DNA of 36,441 bases from a virus, in IMG/VR virus record IMGVR_UViG_3300045988_023202, positions 1-36,441 of that record. The stretch is one strand, 5' to 3'. Below the pieces are notes generated by a model, which made no database searches, had not been told where the DNA came from, and saw only the letters and a program-made list of their open reading frames with translations. Shown here in pieces: positions 8,045-15,581 of this stretch. Both the position numbers and the translations under genes were made by a program. Position 1 is the first letter of the stretch. Each line of letters begins with the position of its first letter.

Positions 8045-10042
8045 TTAATCTTTCTTGTAATATTTACTAGTGAATCCTTCTGCCTTCAACGGAATGCCGA
8101 AAGCGTCCGCCCATTTTGGTGTAACTGCCATAGCTTCGCAAATCCCTTCAAGCGATACAGTCGGCTCGCCAAAATCATCTAAAGGCACTTCGTTTACCGT
8201 TTCGTCGTGAATATGTCCCACGATCTTAACAGCCGGGTAACGTTTTACAATTTCTTGCATACCGTATGCCAGTAGGTCACGGCTGACTGCCTGCGTGATA
8301 TTTTCGGTTAGCTTTCCGCCGTACGTGTCTAGGTCCGCCCATTTTCCGGTTAAGTCCTGACCCTTGTATGTTATAACCTCCCTGTCTCGTCCGTGCACGC
8401 TTTTCGTGGCGATCCGGCAAAATGGGTAAAACAAACGACGGCCCGAAGGTAATAAAATTGCTAGAGAATTGTTTTCTTTAAACCATTGAAATGTACAAAC
8501 GTGTACGCCGTACCGGATTACCTCCACGTCTTTCTTGTTACGAATACAGAGTTTAGCACGGCTGTCTAGGGCTTCCCAAAACTCAACCACCCTAGGAGAA
8601 GCGGCGCGCCATCTCAATATGATGTCCTTGTATAATGCCGGGTCTATGGCCTTCTCATAGTCCATCGTAGACATAGCGCCCACCCAACCGCCATAGCCTA
8701 GAGCTAGCTCGGTTACTTTTCCCTGTTGGCGGTAATGCGTGCCTTTTCCGCATTGATTTTCGGGCAAACTGAACGTCATACTTGCAGACACTACGTATAT
8801 ATCTTTCCCGTTGCGGAACGCTTCAATACGCCAATCTTCACGACACAGACAAGCCAGTACGCGGGCTTCAATGGCTGAATAGTCAGCGATATGGAATGTA
8901 GTGCCCTCGGGGGCTACAAACGTTGTGCGGATCAGCTGTGACAGCGTGTCTGGCACATTTCCCCAAAACGTTTCGAAGTCCTGCAAACCCATGTGCTTAA
9001 CATTATCGCGTGCGCCGTCTAGGTCGTGTATATAGTTACGTGGTAGGTTCTGCATTTGGACTAGTCTACCCGCCCATCTCCCGGTACGGCCCGCGCCATA
9101 GAAACGGTACAAACCGTGTACCCGTCCGTCGAAGCACACACAATTGCGCATCGCGGTATATTTGGCGTTGCTTGTCTTGTTTATGATCTTACGAGCGTTC
9201 AATACCTCATCCACACGTTCATTATCGCATTCCTGCATAATATCCTCTATGTCTTCTTTCCGGAATGAATCGAAAGACTTCCCGGTATTGATCATTACAA
9301 AGTCCTTAAGTTGCGTTGTGGACTTTAGAGAGGATATGCCGTACTTCGTCTTAATACGGTTTTTCAATTCGTTGCAAAATTCCTCGTTCAGAGCGTCCGC
9401 GTGTTCGGCTAGTTCCATATCCACGGCTATGCCGTTATCGTTTATGTCCTGGTCCAGCCTGTACAGGTCTATTTCCGACTGCGGGAAATTACAGTAATCA
9501 AGGCGTTCCAGGGCTTCACGTTCTGAAAGAATGTCATATCGTAGGTAGTCCATAAACTCCCCCCACTTTTCTGAATAATATTTTGGCAAATTGCGGTATT
9601 CTTCCGGTTTTGCTCTAGTGGGTTTTTGCGGTTGGCAGAAGAATTTTATAAGGGCTAGCCCTGTACCCTTCTTGCCTTCTTTCAAGTCCAGTGCCTTAGA
9701 AAGGTTTCCCAGGCTCTCCGGGAACCCAGCGTATAATGCCAGCGTTGCGGTGCATAGAAAACGTTCCGCGGGGATGTTGATACCGTATGCCATTAAGCAC
9801 AACCGTTCAAATTGCGCGTTGTGCGCTACGATCGTGTATTGCTCATCACGGATCAAGTCTAAAAACTCTTCGTATCCGCATTGTACTGGCTGTGTCATAT
9901 CAACGATGTGAACTGGTCCTGCGCCGACCGCGTATCCGATAAGAAGTATTTCGAAGTCGGGCGATTGCGTATACCGGTACGCGCCGCCGCTCTTAATGTC
10001 CTCGCTGGAAAATGTTTCAAAATCTATATAAATTGGTTTCAT
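8045..10042 (-). CDS. Family A DNA polymerase with a 3'-5' exonuclease domain
   Basis: Exo I is IDFETFS. Pol motif A is ADYSAIEARVLA, motif B is RQQGKVTELALGYGG and motif C is VGHIHDE. Confidence 0.92.
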   Translation of the reverse strand: MKPIYIDFETFSSEDIKSGGAYRYTQSPDFEILLIGYAVGAGPVHIVDMTQPVQCGYEEFLDLIRDEQYTIVAHNAQFERLCLMAYGINIPAERFLCTATLALYAGFPESLGNLSKALDLKEGKKGTGLALIKFFCQPQKPTRAKPEEYRNLPKYYSEKWGEFMDYLRYDILSEREALERLDYCNFPQSEIDLYRLDQDINDNGIAVDMELAEHADALNEEFCNELKNRIKTKYGISSLKSTTQLKDFVMINTGKSFDSFRKEDIEDIMQECDNERVDEVLNARKIINKTSNAKYTAMRNCVCFDGRVHGLYRFYGAGRTGRWAGRLVQMQNLPRNYIHDLDGARDNVKHMGLQDFETFWGNVPDTLSQLIRTTFVAPEGTTFHIADYSAIEARVLACLCREDWRIEAFRNGKDIYVVSASMTFSLPENQCGKGTHYRQQGKVTELALGYGGWVGAMSTMDYEKAIDPALYKDIILRWRAASPRVVEFWEALDSRAKLCIRNKKDVEVIRYGVHVCTFQWFKENNSLAILLPSGRRLFYPFCRIATKSVHGRDREVITYKGQDLTGKWADLDTYGGKLTENITQAVSRDLLAYGMQEIVKRYPAVKIVGHIHDETVNEVPLDDFGEPTVSLEGICEAMAVTPKWADAFGIPLKAEGFTSKYYKKD

Positions 10043-10066
10043 GTCTTTTTAGGGGTTTTTAAAGTT

Positions 10067-10098
10067 AAAGCCGCGCCGCTTCTACTCGGCACGGCTTT
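10067..10098 (-). terminator. Stem-loop terminator/attenuator between the SSB and polymerase genes
   Basis: 12-bp GC-rich stem. On the minus-strand RNA the one imperfect position is a G.U wobble; on the plus strand it would be an A.C mismatch. CUUUAACUUU follows. Confidence 0.55.
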
Positions 10099-10178
10099 TA
10101 AGAATCATTTCACACTTGTTAATTTAAAAACTTGATTGATTAATAATTAATTTAATTGTTTATACTTGAAATAATTGT

Positions 10179-10754
10179 TTAATATGGAACGTTCATTCCG
10201 AACGGGTCGTCGTTTTCATCGCTTAAATCTTCGAAGTCGTTGACGCTTGATCCGCCGTCTAGTCTATCGTCATCAGTTACTTTCTGTATTCCGTTCAATC
10301 CGGCGGTTATACCGCGGTTGTCGGCACTCATGTTGTAACCGTATATCGAGATGGAAGCTACCCCCCAAGAACCGGAATACATATCTTCCTTCACTGTGAT
10401 CGGGCGTTTACCTTTGTCGATTACGATCGGTTGCCCATGCTCCTCTTTGCGCTTCGCTGTAATGTAGTACATACCTTCAAACCCGGCTTGCCCTTCTTTC
10501 TCCGGCGCGTCGCCATCCTTAAGCGGGCTTTTGTAATTTTCCGGCACACGTCCCTTGAATTTCGGGTCCCTTGAAAAATAGTCCTGTGCTTCCGCCTTTA
10601 CCGCATCGTTGATTTGCTTAACTAGGGCGGTGTCAGTTTTCGGGATCAAAAGCACAACGCTGTAATGAAAATCCCCCACTCCGTTGAATTGTTCAGCTTC
10701 GAAAACTCTTACATAAGAGAAACGTACATTTTTTAAAATCAATTTTCTACTCAT
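10179..10754 (-). CDS. Single-stranded DNA-binding protein (DUF2815 / T7 gp2.5-like)
   Basis: The N-terminus (VRFSYVRVFEAE...YSVVLLIPKTD) looks like DUF2815 and the C-terminal tail is acidic (DFEDLSDENDDPFGMNVPY). It lies between the DUF2800 and PolA genes. Confidence 0.7.
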   Translation of the reverse strand: MSRKLILKNVRFSYVRVFEAEQFNGVGDFHYSVVLLIPKTDTALVKQINDAVKAEAQDYFSRDPKFKGRVPENYKSPLKDGDAPEKEGQAGFEGMYYITAKRKEEHGQPIVIDKGKRPITVKEDMYSGSWGVASISIYGYNMSADNRGITAGLNGIQKVTDDDRLDGGSSVNDFEDLSDENDDPFGMNVPY

Positions 10755-10783
10755 AATTTTTAAGTTTAATTTGTTTCACGGTT

Positions 10784-10813
10784 CAAAGATATTGCTTTAT
10801 TTTAGACTTCAAA
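10784..10813 (-). promoter_or_regulatory. Bacteroidota-type promoter (-33 TTTG, 18-nt spacer, -7 TATCTTTG)
   Basis: The minus strand reads TTTG-N18-TATCTTTG, 29 nt upstream of the SSB ATG. Confidence 0.65.
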
Positions 10814-10849
10814 CCGTTTATACATTCTTTAATTGTTTTTTAACTTCTG

Positions 10850-12013
10850 TTAGCCTTCGATGTCGAAGTCGCATAGCGGGTTATATTCTACGCCCTTAGC
10901 GCTTTCCGGTACTAGTTTTGGCGCGCCGGGTCGCGATTCGATCGCGTCTCCAAACCTAGCGCTAAATACCTTCTTGCCTAACAGCTTCTCGAGATCTCCG
11001 ATACCTTTTAGCTTGATGTTTAAAACCTCGTCCTCCAGGAACTCGTTTAAGAGCGCCTGCCGTATTTTCGCTTCATCCTTGATAACTCGGCTCGTCCGTC
11101 CGGCTACTAGCTTGTAACCCTCCCATTTATAGCCCTGTATCGCTCTATCGTAAACGTACTTATTTACTGATTCGATCCAGCTCTTATATTTGTCGATCTT
11201 ACCGATTAGGTCTACTATTTCCTCGTCAGACAATAACAGCGGTTCGGGCTTTTCCTCGAAGTCTGCAAGTATTGCGTCACGTTGCGCCCTGCATTGGGCC
11301 TTAACCGGACAAAATCCGCACCAACTTCCGATAACCTGTTTCCCTTTGCCCTGTATTGCCGCTTTTGCGGCTGGTTTCAGGACTTTCTCCGCCCAATCGA
11401 GTAACTCACCCTTTGACATCTCGAACGTGTCGTAATGGTCTAATCTGACTTGTGCTATTGTCATTCGTATATCGGTTATGTTCTGCGACTCGGCTGCCTT
11501 CAAAGCTCCCAAAGCATACAACATCATTTGCTCGTTATGATCGGCTGACACTTTAACACCTGCTCCGTACTTCAAATCTATAATGTGTATCGTCTTGTCA
11601 GATACTAGTGTAACGTCTACAGATCCGAACGAGTCCGGTGCATAATCAGTAATGTCTACCTTTCTCTCTAGGAACATTTCGCTTGAACCGTCCGCCTTAG
11701 CCATCTCGTAATATTCACCGATAACATAATCGCAATAGTCGCGGATATAATTCGCCATGTCGATACTAAACAGCGGGTTTTTAAGGTGTTCATCGTTGAC
11801 GGGTAACTCTTCGTCGACGATCGGATCATATTCACCTTCCGTGTATTTAGTCAAAGCATATTCGGCTATTTCGTGGGCTAGTGTGCCCTCCTCGGCGTAA
11901 ACGCTTGACTTGCTTCCGGCGGCTTCTGCTAGTAGCGCCGATGGAGTACAATTTATCCATCGTTTCGCGCTACTTGGCGATAAAATCGCGTGGTCTCTCT
12001 CTGCGTGTCCCAT
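10850..12013 (-). CDS. PD-(D/E)xK / Cas4-like exonuclease (DUF2800 family)
   Basis: The N-terminus SPSSAKRWINCTPS is typical of DUF2800. IDLKYG is the nuclease core motif. The C-terminal Cys cluster is CGFCPVKAQC. Confidence 0.75.
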   Translation of the reverse strand: MGHAERDHAILSPSSAKRWINCTPSALLAEAAGSKSSVYAEEGTLAHEIAEYALTKYTEGEYDPIVDEELPVNDEHLKNPLFSIDMANYIRDYCDYVIGEYYEMAKADGSSEMFLERKVDITDYAPDSFGSVDVTLVSDKTIHIIDLKYGAGVKVSADHNEQMMLYALGALKAAESQNITDIRMTIAQVRLDHYDTFEMSKGELLDWAEKVLKPAAKAAIQGKGKQVIGSWCGFCPVKAQCRAQRDAILADFEEKPEPLLLSDEEIVDLIGKIDKYKSWIESVNKYVYDRAIQGYKWEGYKLVAGRTSRVIKDEAKIRQALLNEFLEDEVLNIKLKGIGDLEKLLGKKVFSARFGDAIESRPGAPKLVPESAKGVEYNPLCDFDIEG

Positions 12014-12567
12014 TATAAACGGCTTGAAATGTATGCAACAAAATCGTTAAACATCTCTTCTTTCAACGTCGGGAAACTGGACGCGCCTACGCTTTCAAAA
12101 GCTTCTTGTACCATTGGGCGTTTCTTCGCGTTTAGTGCCTTCATAGCCCAAGATTTACAATCGTCAATAGTATAAGACACTGTGTCACATTTTGGTGCTT
12201 TAGGCTCTTCCACTGGTGCCGGTGCAGGTTCTTCAACCTTTGCAGGTTCTTCAACCTTTGCGGGCTCTTCTACTGGTGCAGGCTCTTCCACTGGTGCAGG
12301 CTCTTCCACTGGTGCAGGTGCAGGTTTAGCGGCACGTCTAGCACGGGTCTTGGCACGTTCCGATTCCACCATCTCGGCCACTGTTTTAGGCTCATCCTCC
12401 GTCTTTGCCTTTGTTGCTTCTACAACTGCGTCCGCCAACATATCGAGGTCTGTTTTTTTCTCTACCACCTCCGGAGCAGTTCCGCCGGCCAATTCTCGCA
12501 GATAGTTAGATGCTGCTAACAATTCCTTCACACTCTCATTTCCAGTTAATTCAATTACTACTTTCAT
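12013..12567 (-). CDS. Hypothetical protein with a central (E/K)EPAPV/EEPAKV repeat linker
   Basis: 184-aa ORF that contains an in-frame 18-bp tandem repeat. Confidence 0.6.
   Translation of the reverse strand: MKVVIELTGNESVKELLAASNYLRELAGGTAPEVVEKKTDLDMLADAVVEATKAKTEDEPKTVAEMVESERAKTRARRAAKPAPAPVEEPAPVEEPAPVEEPAKVEEPAKVEEPAPAPVEEPKAPKCDTVSYTIDDCKSWAMKALNAKKRPMVQEAFESVGASSFPTLKEEMFNDFVAYISSRL
12203..12316. repeat. 18-bp tandem repeat, about 6 units with one 6-bp insertion
   Basis: The units ggctcttccactggtgca and ggttcttcaacctttgca were read directly from the sequence. Confidence 0.9.
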
Positions 12568-12743
12568 TTTTTCTTAAAATTAAAAATTGTTTCTAATAGT
12601 TCGTTTTTGTTCACTCTGATTTTGCCCGTCCCATTCTCGTACCGGGTGAGTTTTCCGGCGTTGAGCTGGTAGCGTATGGCATTTTCGGTGCACTCCGCTA
12701 ACCGGGCGGCTTCCGCCACTGTGATAAGTTCTACTTTTTCCAT
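12564..12743 (-). CDS. Small helix-turn-helix DNA-binding protein (excisionase/MerR-like HTH), 59 aa
   Basis: Hand translation MEKVELITVAEAARLAECTENAIRYQLNAGKLTRYENGTGKIRVNKNELLETIF fits the HTH_17 pattern. It is one residue below the ORF-track cutoff and overlaps both neighbours at start and stop. Confidence 0.7.
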   Translation of the reverse strand: MEKVELITVAEAARLAECTENAIRYQLNAGKLTRYENGTGKIRVNKNELLETIFNFKKK

Positions 12744-13060
12744 TTCATTTTTTCATTAAATTTAAAACTCAATTTGTCAGACGTTCGATAAGTTTGTACG
12801 TGATCGGAATAAGCGGCGCGCCGGGCCTGCTCGAAAATAGTTTCGTAACGTTTGGCGTGTGGAATTATAAAGCCCCGGATTTTATACTTAAACTTTTTTC
12901 CGGCTTCTTCTTCTTCTCGTTGCAAATCATCGAACACCATTTTCGAGTTACCCGGATAGCCGTATAGCATTGTAGCCTCGCCTATCGTTTTGCACGCTGT
13001 AATCCTCTCCCGTATAATCTTATAAAAGAACGCTTCTAACTTATAAATGTCTACTGCCAT
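12731..13060 (-). CDS. Hypothetical protein
   Basis: 109-aa ORF immediately upstream of the HTH gene. Confidence 0.55.
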   Translation of the reverse strand: MAVDIYKLEAFFYKIIRERITACKTIGEATMLYGYPGNSKMVFDDLQREEEEAGKKFKYKIRGFIIPHAKRYETIFEQARRAAYSDHVQTYRTSDKLSFKFNEKMKWKK

Positions 13061-13072
13061 ATCTAGTAATGT

Positions 13073-13213
13073 TTAAAACGATTCTCCGATCTCGGAATAG
13101 TTCAACAAATTTAGTAGGCTTTTCAGTTGTTTTATCGATTGAGATTCTGGCTTTATAGCTTCAATTAAGCGGATACCGCACCGTCTTTTCAAATAAATTG
13201 GGATACCGTCCAT
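13073..13213 (-). CDS. Possible 46-aa ORF (MDGIPIYLKRRCGIRLIEAIKPESQSIKQLKSLLNLLNYSEIGESF)
   Basis: Hand-translated. It is the first ORF downstream of the promoter at 13275-13304. There is no other support. Confidence 0.35.
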   Translation of the reverse strand: MDGIPIYLKRRCGIRLIEAIKPESQSIKQLKSLLNLLNYSEIGESF

Positions 13214-13274
13214 GTTTCCCTTCTAACGCCCTTTGGTTACGATTGGCGGCGCTCTCATTTCTCTTTCGATATTA

Positions 13275-13304
13275 CAAAGGTACAGCTTTATTTTGAACTA
13301 CAAA
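13275..13304 (-). promoter_or_regulatory. Bacteroidota-type promoter (-33 TTTG, 18-nt spacer, -7 TACCTTTG) heading the early unit
   Basis: The minus strand reads TTTG-N18-TACCTTTG at the downstream edge of the 529-bp non-coding island. Confidence 0.6.
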
Positions 13305-13403
13305 ACTATCTCCCAAAAAACTTTAGTAATTTAACTCTGATTAACTGTTTTGAAGGTTTGATAACAGTGTAAATGGCGAATAGCCCTTTTTAAACGCATC
13401 TTT

Positions 13404-13440
13404 CCACCCTTAACTGCGTGCGTATCAGCTAGTTAAGTGG
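13404..13440. promoter_or_regulatory. Inverted repeat CCAC(CC)TTAACT-N15-AGTTAAGTGG
   Basis: 10-bp arms with a 2-nt bulge, about 100 bp upstream of the early promoter. No U-tract on either strand. Confidence 0.5.
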
Positions 13441-13620
13441 CAAAAACGGGTGGCGTGAATAAGATATGAGATAGTTTTCTATATAGTTTATAATATAATA
13501 TTTCCATAAATTCATTCACATATTAATTCATATATTTACATATTTTATATATAATCTAATATTTATCTGTTAGCTCTATATATAATCTTTACATCTTTTA
13601 CATTAGATATATATTGATAG

Positions 13621-13687
13621 ATAAAGTACTAGTTATTAGCGAGTTAAGCGTGGAAGATGCAAATTTTAATCATCTACATGCAAAAAC
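13621..13687. repeat. Conserved 67-bp non-coding element, copy A (paralog at 33327-33392)
   Basis: My hand alignment gives about 53 of 67 identical positions with one indel. Both copies flank an AT-rich tract of about 150-180 bp. Confidence 0.8.
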
Positions 13688-13713
13688 GCCAACTCGTTAT
13701 GAATCAGCGTTTT
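13683..13713 (-). terminator. Probable intrinsic terminator of the late unit
   Basis: The minus-strand RNA reads AAAACGCUGA-11 nt loop-UUGGCGUUUU followed by UG, 30 nt after the stop of the last late gene. The A-tract/U-tract symmetry would allow termination in both directions. Confidence 0.45.
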
Positions 13714-13742
13714 AGGTTTTCTAGTGCAAAAGATGAAAAGCG

Positions 13743-14330
13743 TTATTTGTCGAATTCTGCCGAGAATTCTACGTGTATTTTGGATTTTGGGTTTTTATTC
13801 GATACGGTTACGGTTTGTTTCGGTTTTCCGACCCGAAAGAATAAAAACCGCTTTTGTTTGACTGATCCGATCACATCTATCGTGTCGATACTGCTAGATT
13901 TTATAATTGTTGTGTCCGGTTTGGATTCAACTTGTATATCATTCCACCCGTCGAAATAGTGCGCAAATCGGTTTTCTTTGTTTCCGTCCCGGTATTCAGT
14001 CTTAACCACAGTGTCCACCTTGGTAACTGTCTCGGCGCGCGTCGCGTTCTTTAGCTCCCTGATCTTTATTCCCGCCTCGCGTACCTTATTATATAGATCG
14101 GCGTTATATAGTTCCAGCTCGTCGCGCTCTAATTTCAATTGCCTGGCTTGTTCCGCATAATCGCCCGCCGTGGTCTTGAACGCTACGGCCTCGGTGTTAA
14201 GCGCGGTGAGGTTGTTTTCCTGCCGTTCTAGCTCTTTTCTCTGCTTTTGTACTGTCTTATACGATGCGTACAATAAAATGGCAAGAAGGACCGCTAAACA
14301 CACCAATATCCTATCTAATGTTATTTTCAT
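13743..14330 (-). CDS. Membrane-anchored coiled-coil protein, possible i-spanin/Rz-like lysis protein
   Basis: N-terminal TM helix (ILVCLAVLLAILLYA), then a heptad-rich segment. It follows the endolysin directly with an ATGA overlap. Confidence 0.4.
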   Translation of the reverse strand: MKITLDRILVCLAVLLAILLYASYKTVQKQRKELERQENNLTALNTEAVAFKTTAGDYAEQARQLKLERDELELYNADLYNKVREAGIKIRELKNATRAETVTKVDTVVKTEYRDGNKENRFAHYFDGWNDIQVESKPDTTIIKSSSIDTIDVIGSVKQKRFLFFRVGKPKQTVTVSNKNPKSKIHVEFSAEFDK

Positions 14331-14725
14331 AGATGAAGTATTTGACGTTTCACATTGTTCTTATCGTATGAGATATGCACCCAGGAGAAACCCCTTTCGT
14401 CGATAAGCTGGCAAAACGGCAAATTGAGTTTTTGCGCCAGATCAAAGAGTTTCTTATTCTCCTGTTTGCTACCCCCTGTTATGTCCGCCGCCTGTCCCTT
14501 CATGTGCTGCGACGTTTTAGAGCCCTTCACCGCCGCGTTTAGTGCGGGTGATCTGTATCCGCTATTAACCCGGATCGGTTTGCCGTACGCGTCCCTAAGA
14601 GGGTCTAGCACGTTATCAACTAACAGTTTCAGATTCTCCGTTGCTTCCGGTGTCGGATCGTTGTTGATCTTCTTCGCCGCCGCCGTCGTTGACGCGGTTA
14701 GCTCTTGAATTGTGAAGTTTCGCAT
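14327..14725 (-). CDS. Endolysin, peptidase M15 (zinc D-Ala-D-Ala carboxypeptidase / L-Ala-D-Glu peptidase family)
   Basis: SGYRSPALNAAV...SQHMKGQAADI and WVHISY give the H-x6-D...H zinc-binding pattern. Confidence 0.85.
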   Translation of the reverse strand: MRNFTIQELTASTTAAAKKINNDPTPEATENLKLLVDNVLDPLRDAYGKPIRVNSGYRSPALNAAVKGSKTSQHMKGQAADITGGSKQENKKLFDLAQKLNLPFCQLIDERGFSWVHISYDKNNVKRQILHL

Positions 14726-15158
14726 TTTTCAAATGTTTTATAAAGTCCAAATATTTAGTATTAATCAGTATATCCAGTACCGCAATAAACTCGTTATCCG
14801 GCTGAATCTTCTTAAAGTTACGGATAATATTCTTAGAATACACTAACGCGAAAAGCGTTGTAAGTAATCGTAATAAGTCCGTATAGTTCCCTTCCGGCTC
14901 TATAAGCCGCGCGGCTGCTGCTGTGAATAGAATCACGATCGCGGCGATCGCATACTCAAAAAACGCATGAAAAGCCTTTTTGTGGCTGTATTTTTCACCA
15001 GCCCTTAAACCTGCAATAAGTCCTACTATAAAATTCAATGTGCCGAATAAGATTATAAGGACGAAGAAAGTCATTACATCATTCGTAACGGTTAGTAGGA
15101 AAGCTAGAGACGCGACGCGCGCCGTATCAAAAACTCCATCCATTATTTTATTAAGCAT
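14616..15158 (-). CDS. Holin-like multi-pass membrane protein (alternative start at 15143)
   Basis: Three or four hydrophobic helices and a charged C-terminal tail, directly upstream of the endolysin. The 3' end overlaps the endolysin gene by 110 nt. Confidence 0.6.
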   Translation of the reverse strand: MLNKIMDGVFDTARVASLAFLLTVTNDVMTFFVLIILFGTLNFIVGLIAGLRAGEKYSHKKAFHAFFEYAIAAIVILFTAAAARLIEPEGNYTDLLRLLTTLFALVYSKNIIRNFKKIQPDNEFIAVLDILINTKYLDFIKHLKNAKLHNSRANRVNDGGGEEDQQRSDTGSNGESETVS

Positions 15159-15580
15159 ATCCTAGATTGTACCCTGTGTGAACATTCCTCTTCAATCAGT
15201 TTAGCGTCTTTAAATGCCTTGATTAGTGGGACTATAAATAAATCAGCTTTGCCGCGTTCCGCTTCAAACCGCTTTGCCTTGTTATCATCGGCTAAAATGT
15301 AGCTGCCGTTATAGTTTTGTATTTTTATGCCGCTCGCCGTGCTTTGCTGCTCGCTTGTCTGCAAGTAACGCGCAAAGGCGTAGTAGCACAATACTTTATT
15401 AGCACCAGTACGCGCCGGCGTATCGCCTAAGTATTCCGGCGGTATCTCTTCATACGATCGGTGAAGTTGTGGCGACATGTCGAGCATATCGGCTTCGTAA
15501 AATGCCTTTTCAATGTCGCTATCTTTAACGTCCTTCGCGATCGTGAACAAATCTCGTAGTAATTGGATCGGGTATGCCAT
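15143..15580 (-). CDS. Hypothetical protein (virion-associated?)
   Basis: 145-aa ORF between the portal-like gene and the holin. Confidence 0.5.
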   Translation of the reverse strand: MAYPIQLLRDLFTIAKDVKDSDIEKAFYEADMLDMSPQLHRSYEEIPPEYLGDTPARTGANKVLCYYAFARYLQTSEQQSTASGIKIQNYNGSYILADDNKAKRFEAERGKADLFIVPLIKAFKDAKLIEEECSHRVQSRICLIK

Positions 15581-15581
15581 A

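Noticed and set aside
13460-13620. AT-rich repetitive tracts (also 33185-33326) considered as a CRISPR array or satellite
   Set aside because: There is no regular repeat-spacer periodicity and no repeat of 24 nt or longer. Only short degenerate A/T motifs are present.
13657-13959. 100-aa plus-strand ORF starting inside non-coding island A
   Set aside because: Two thirds of it is antisense to the spanin-like gene. I found no plus-strand TAnnTTTG promoter, and the sequence is hydrophobic and low-complexity. I treat it as spurious, although plus-strand transcription of the island itself remains an open question (see findings).
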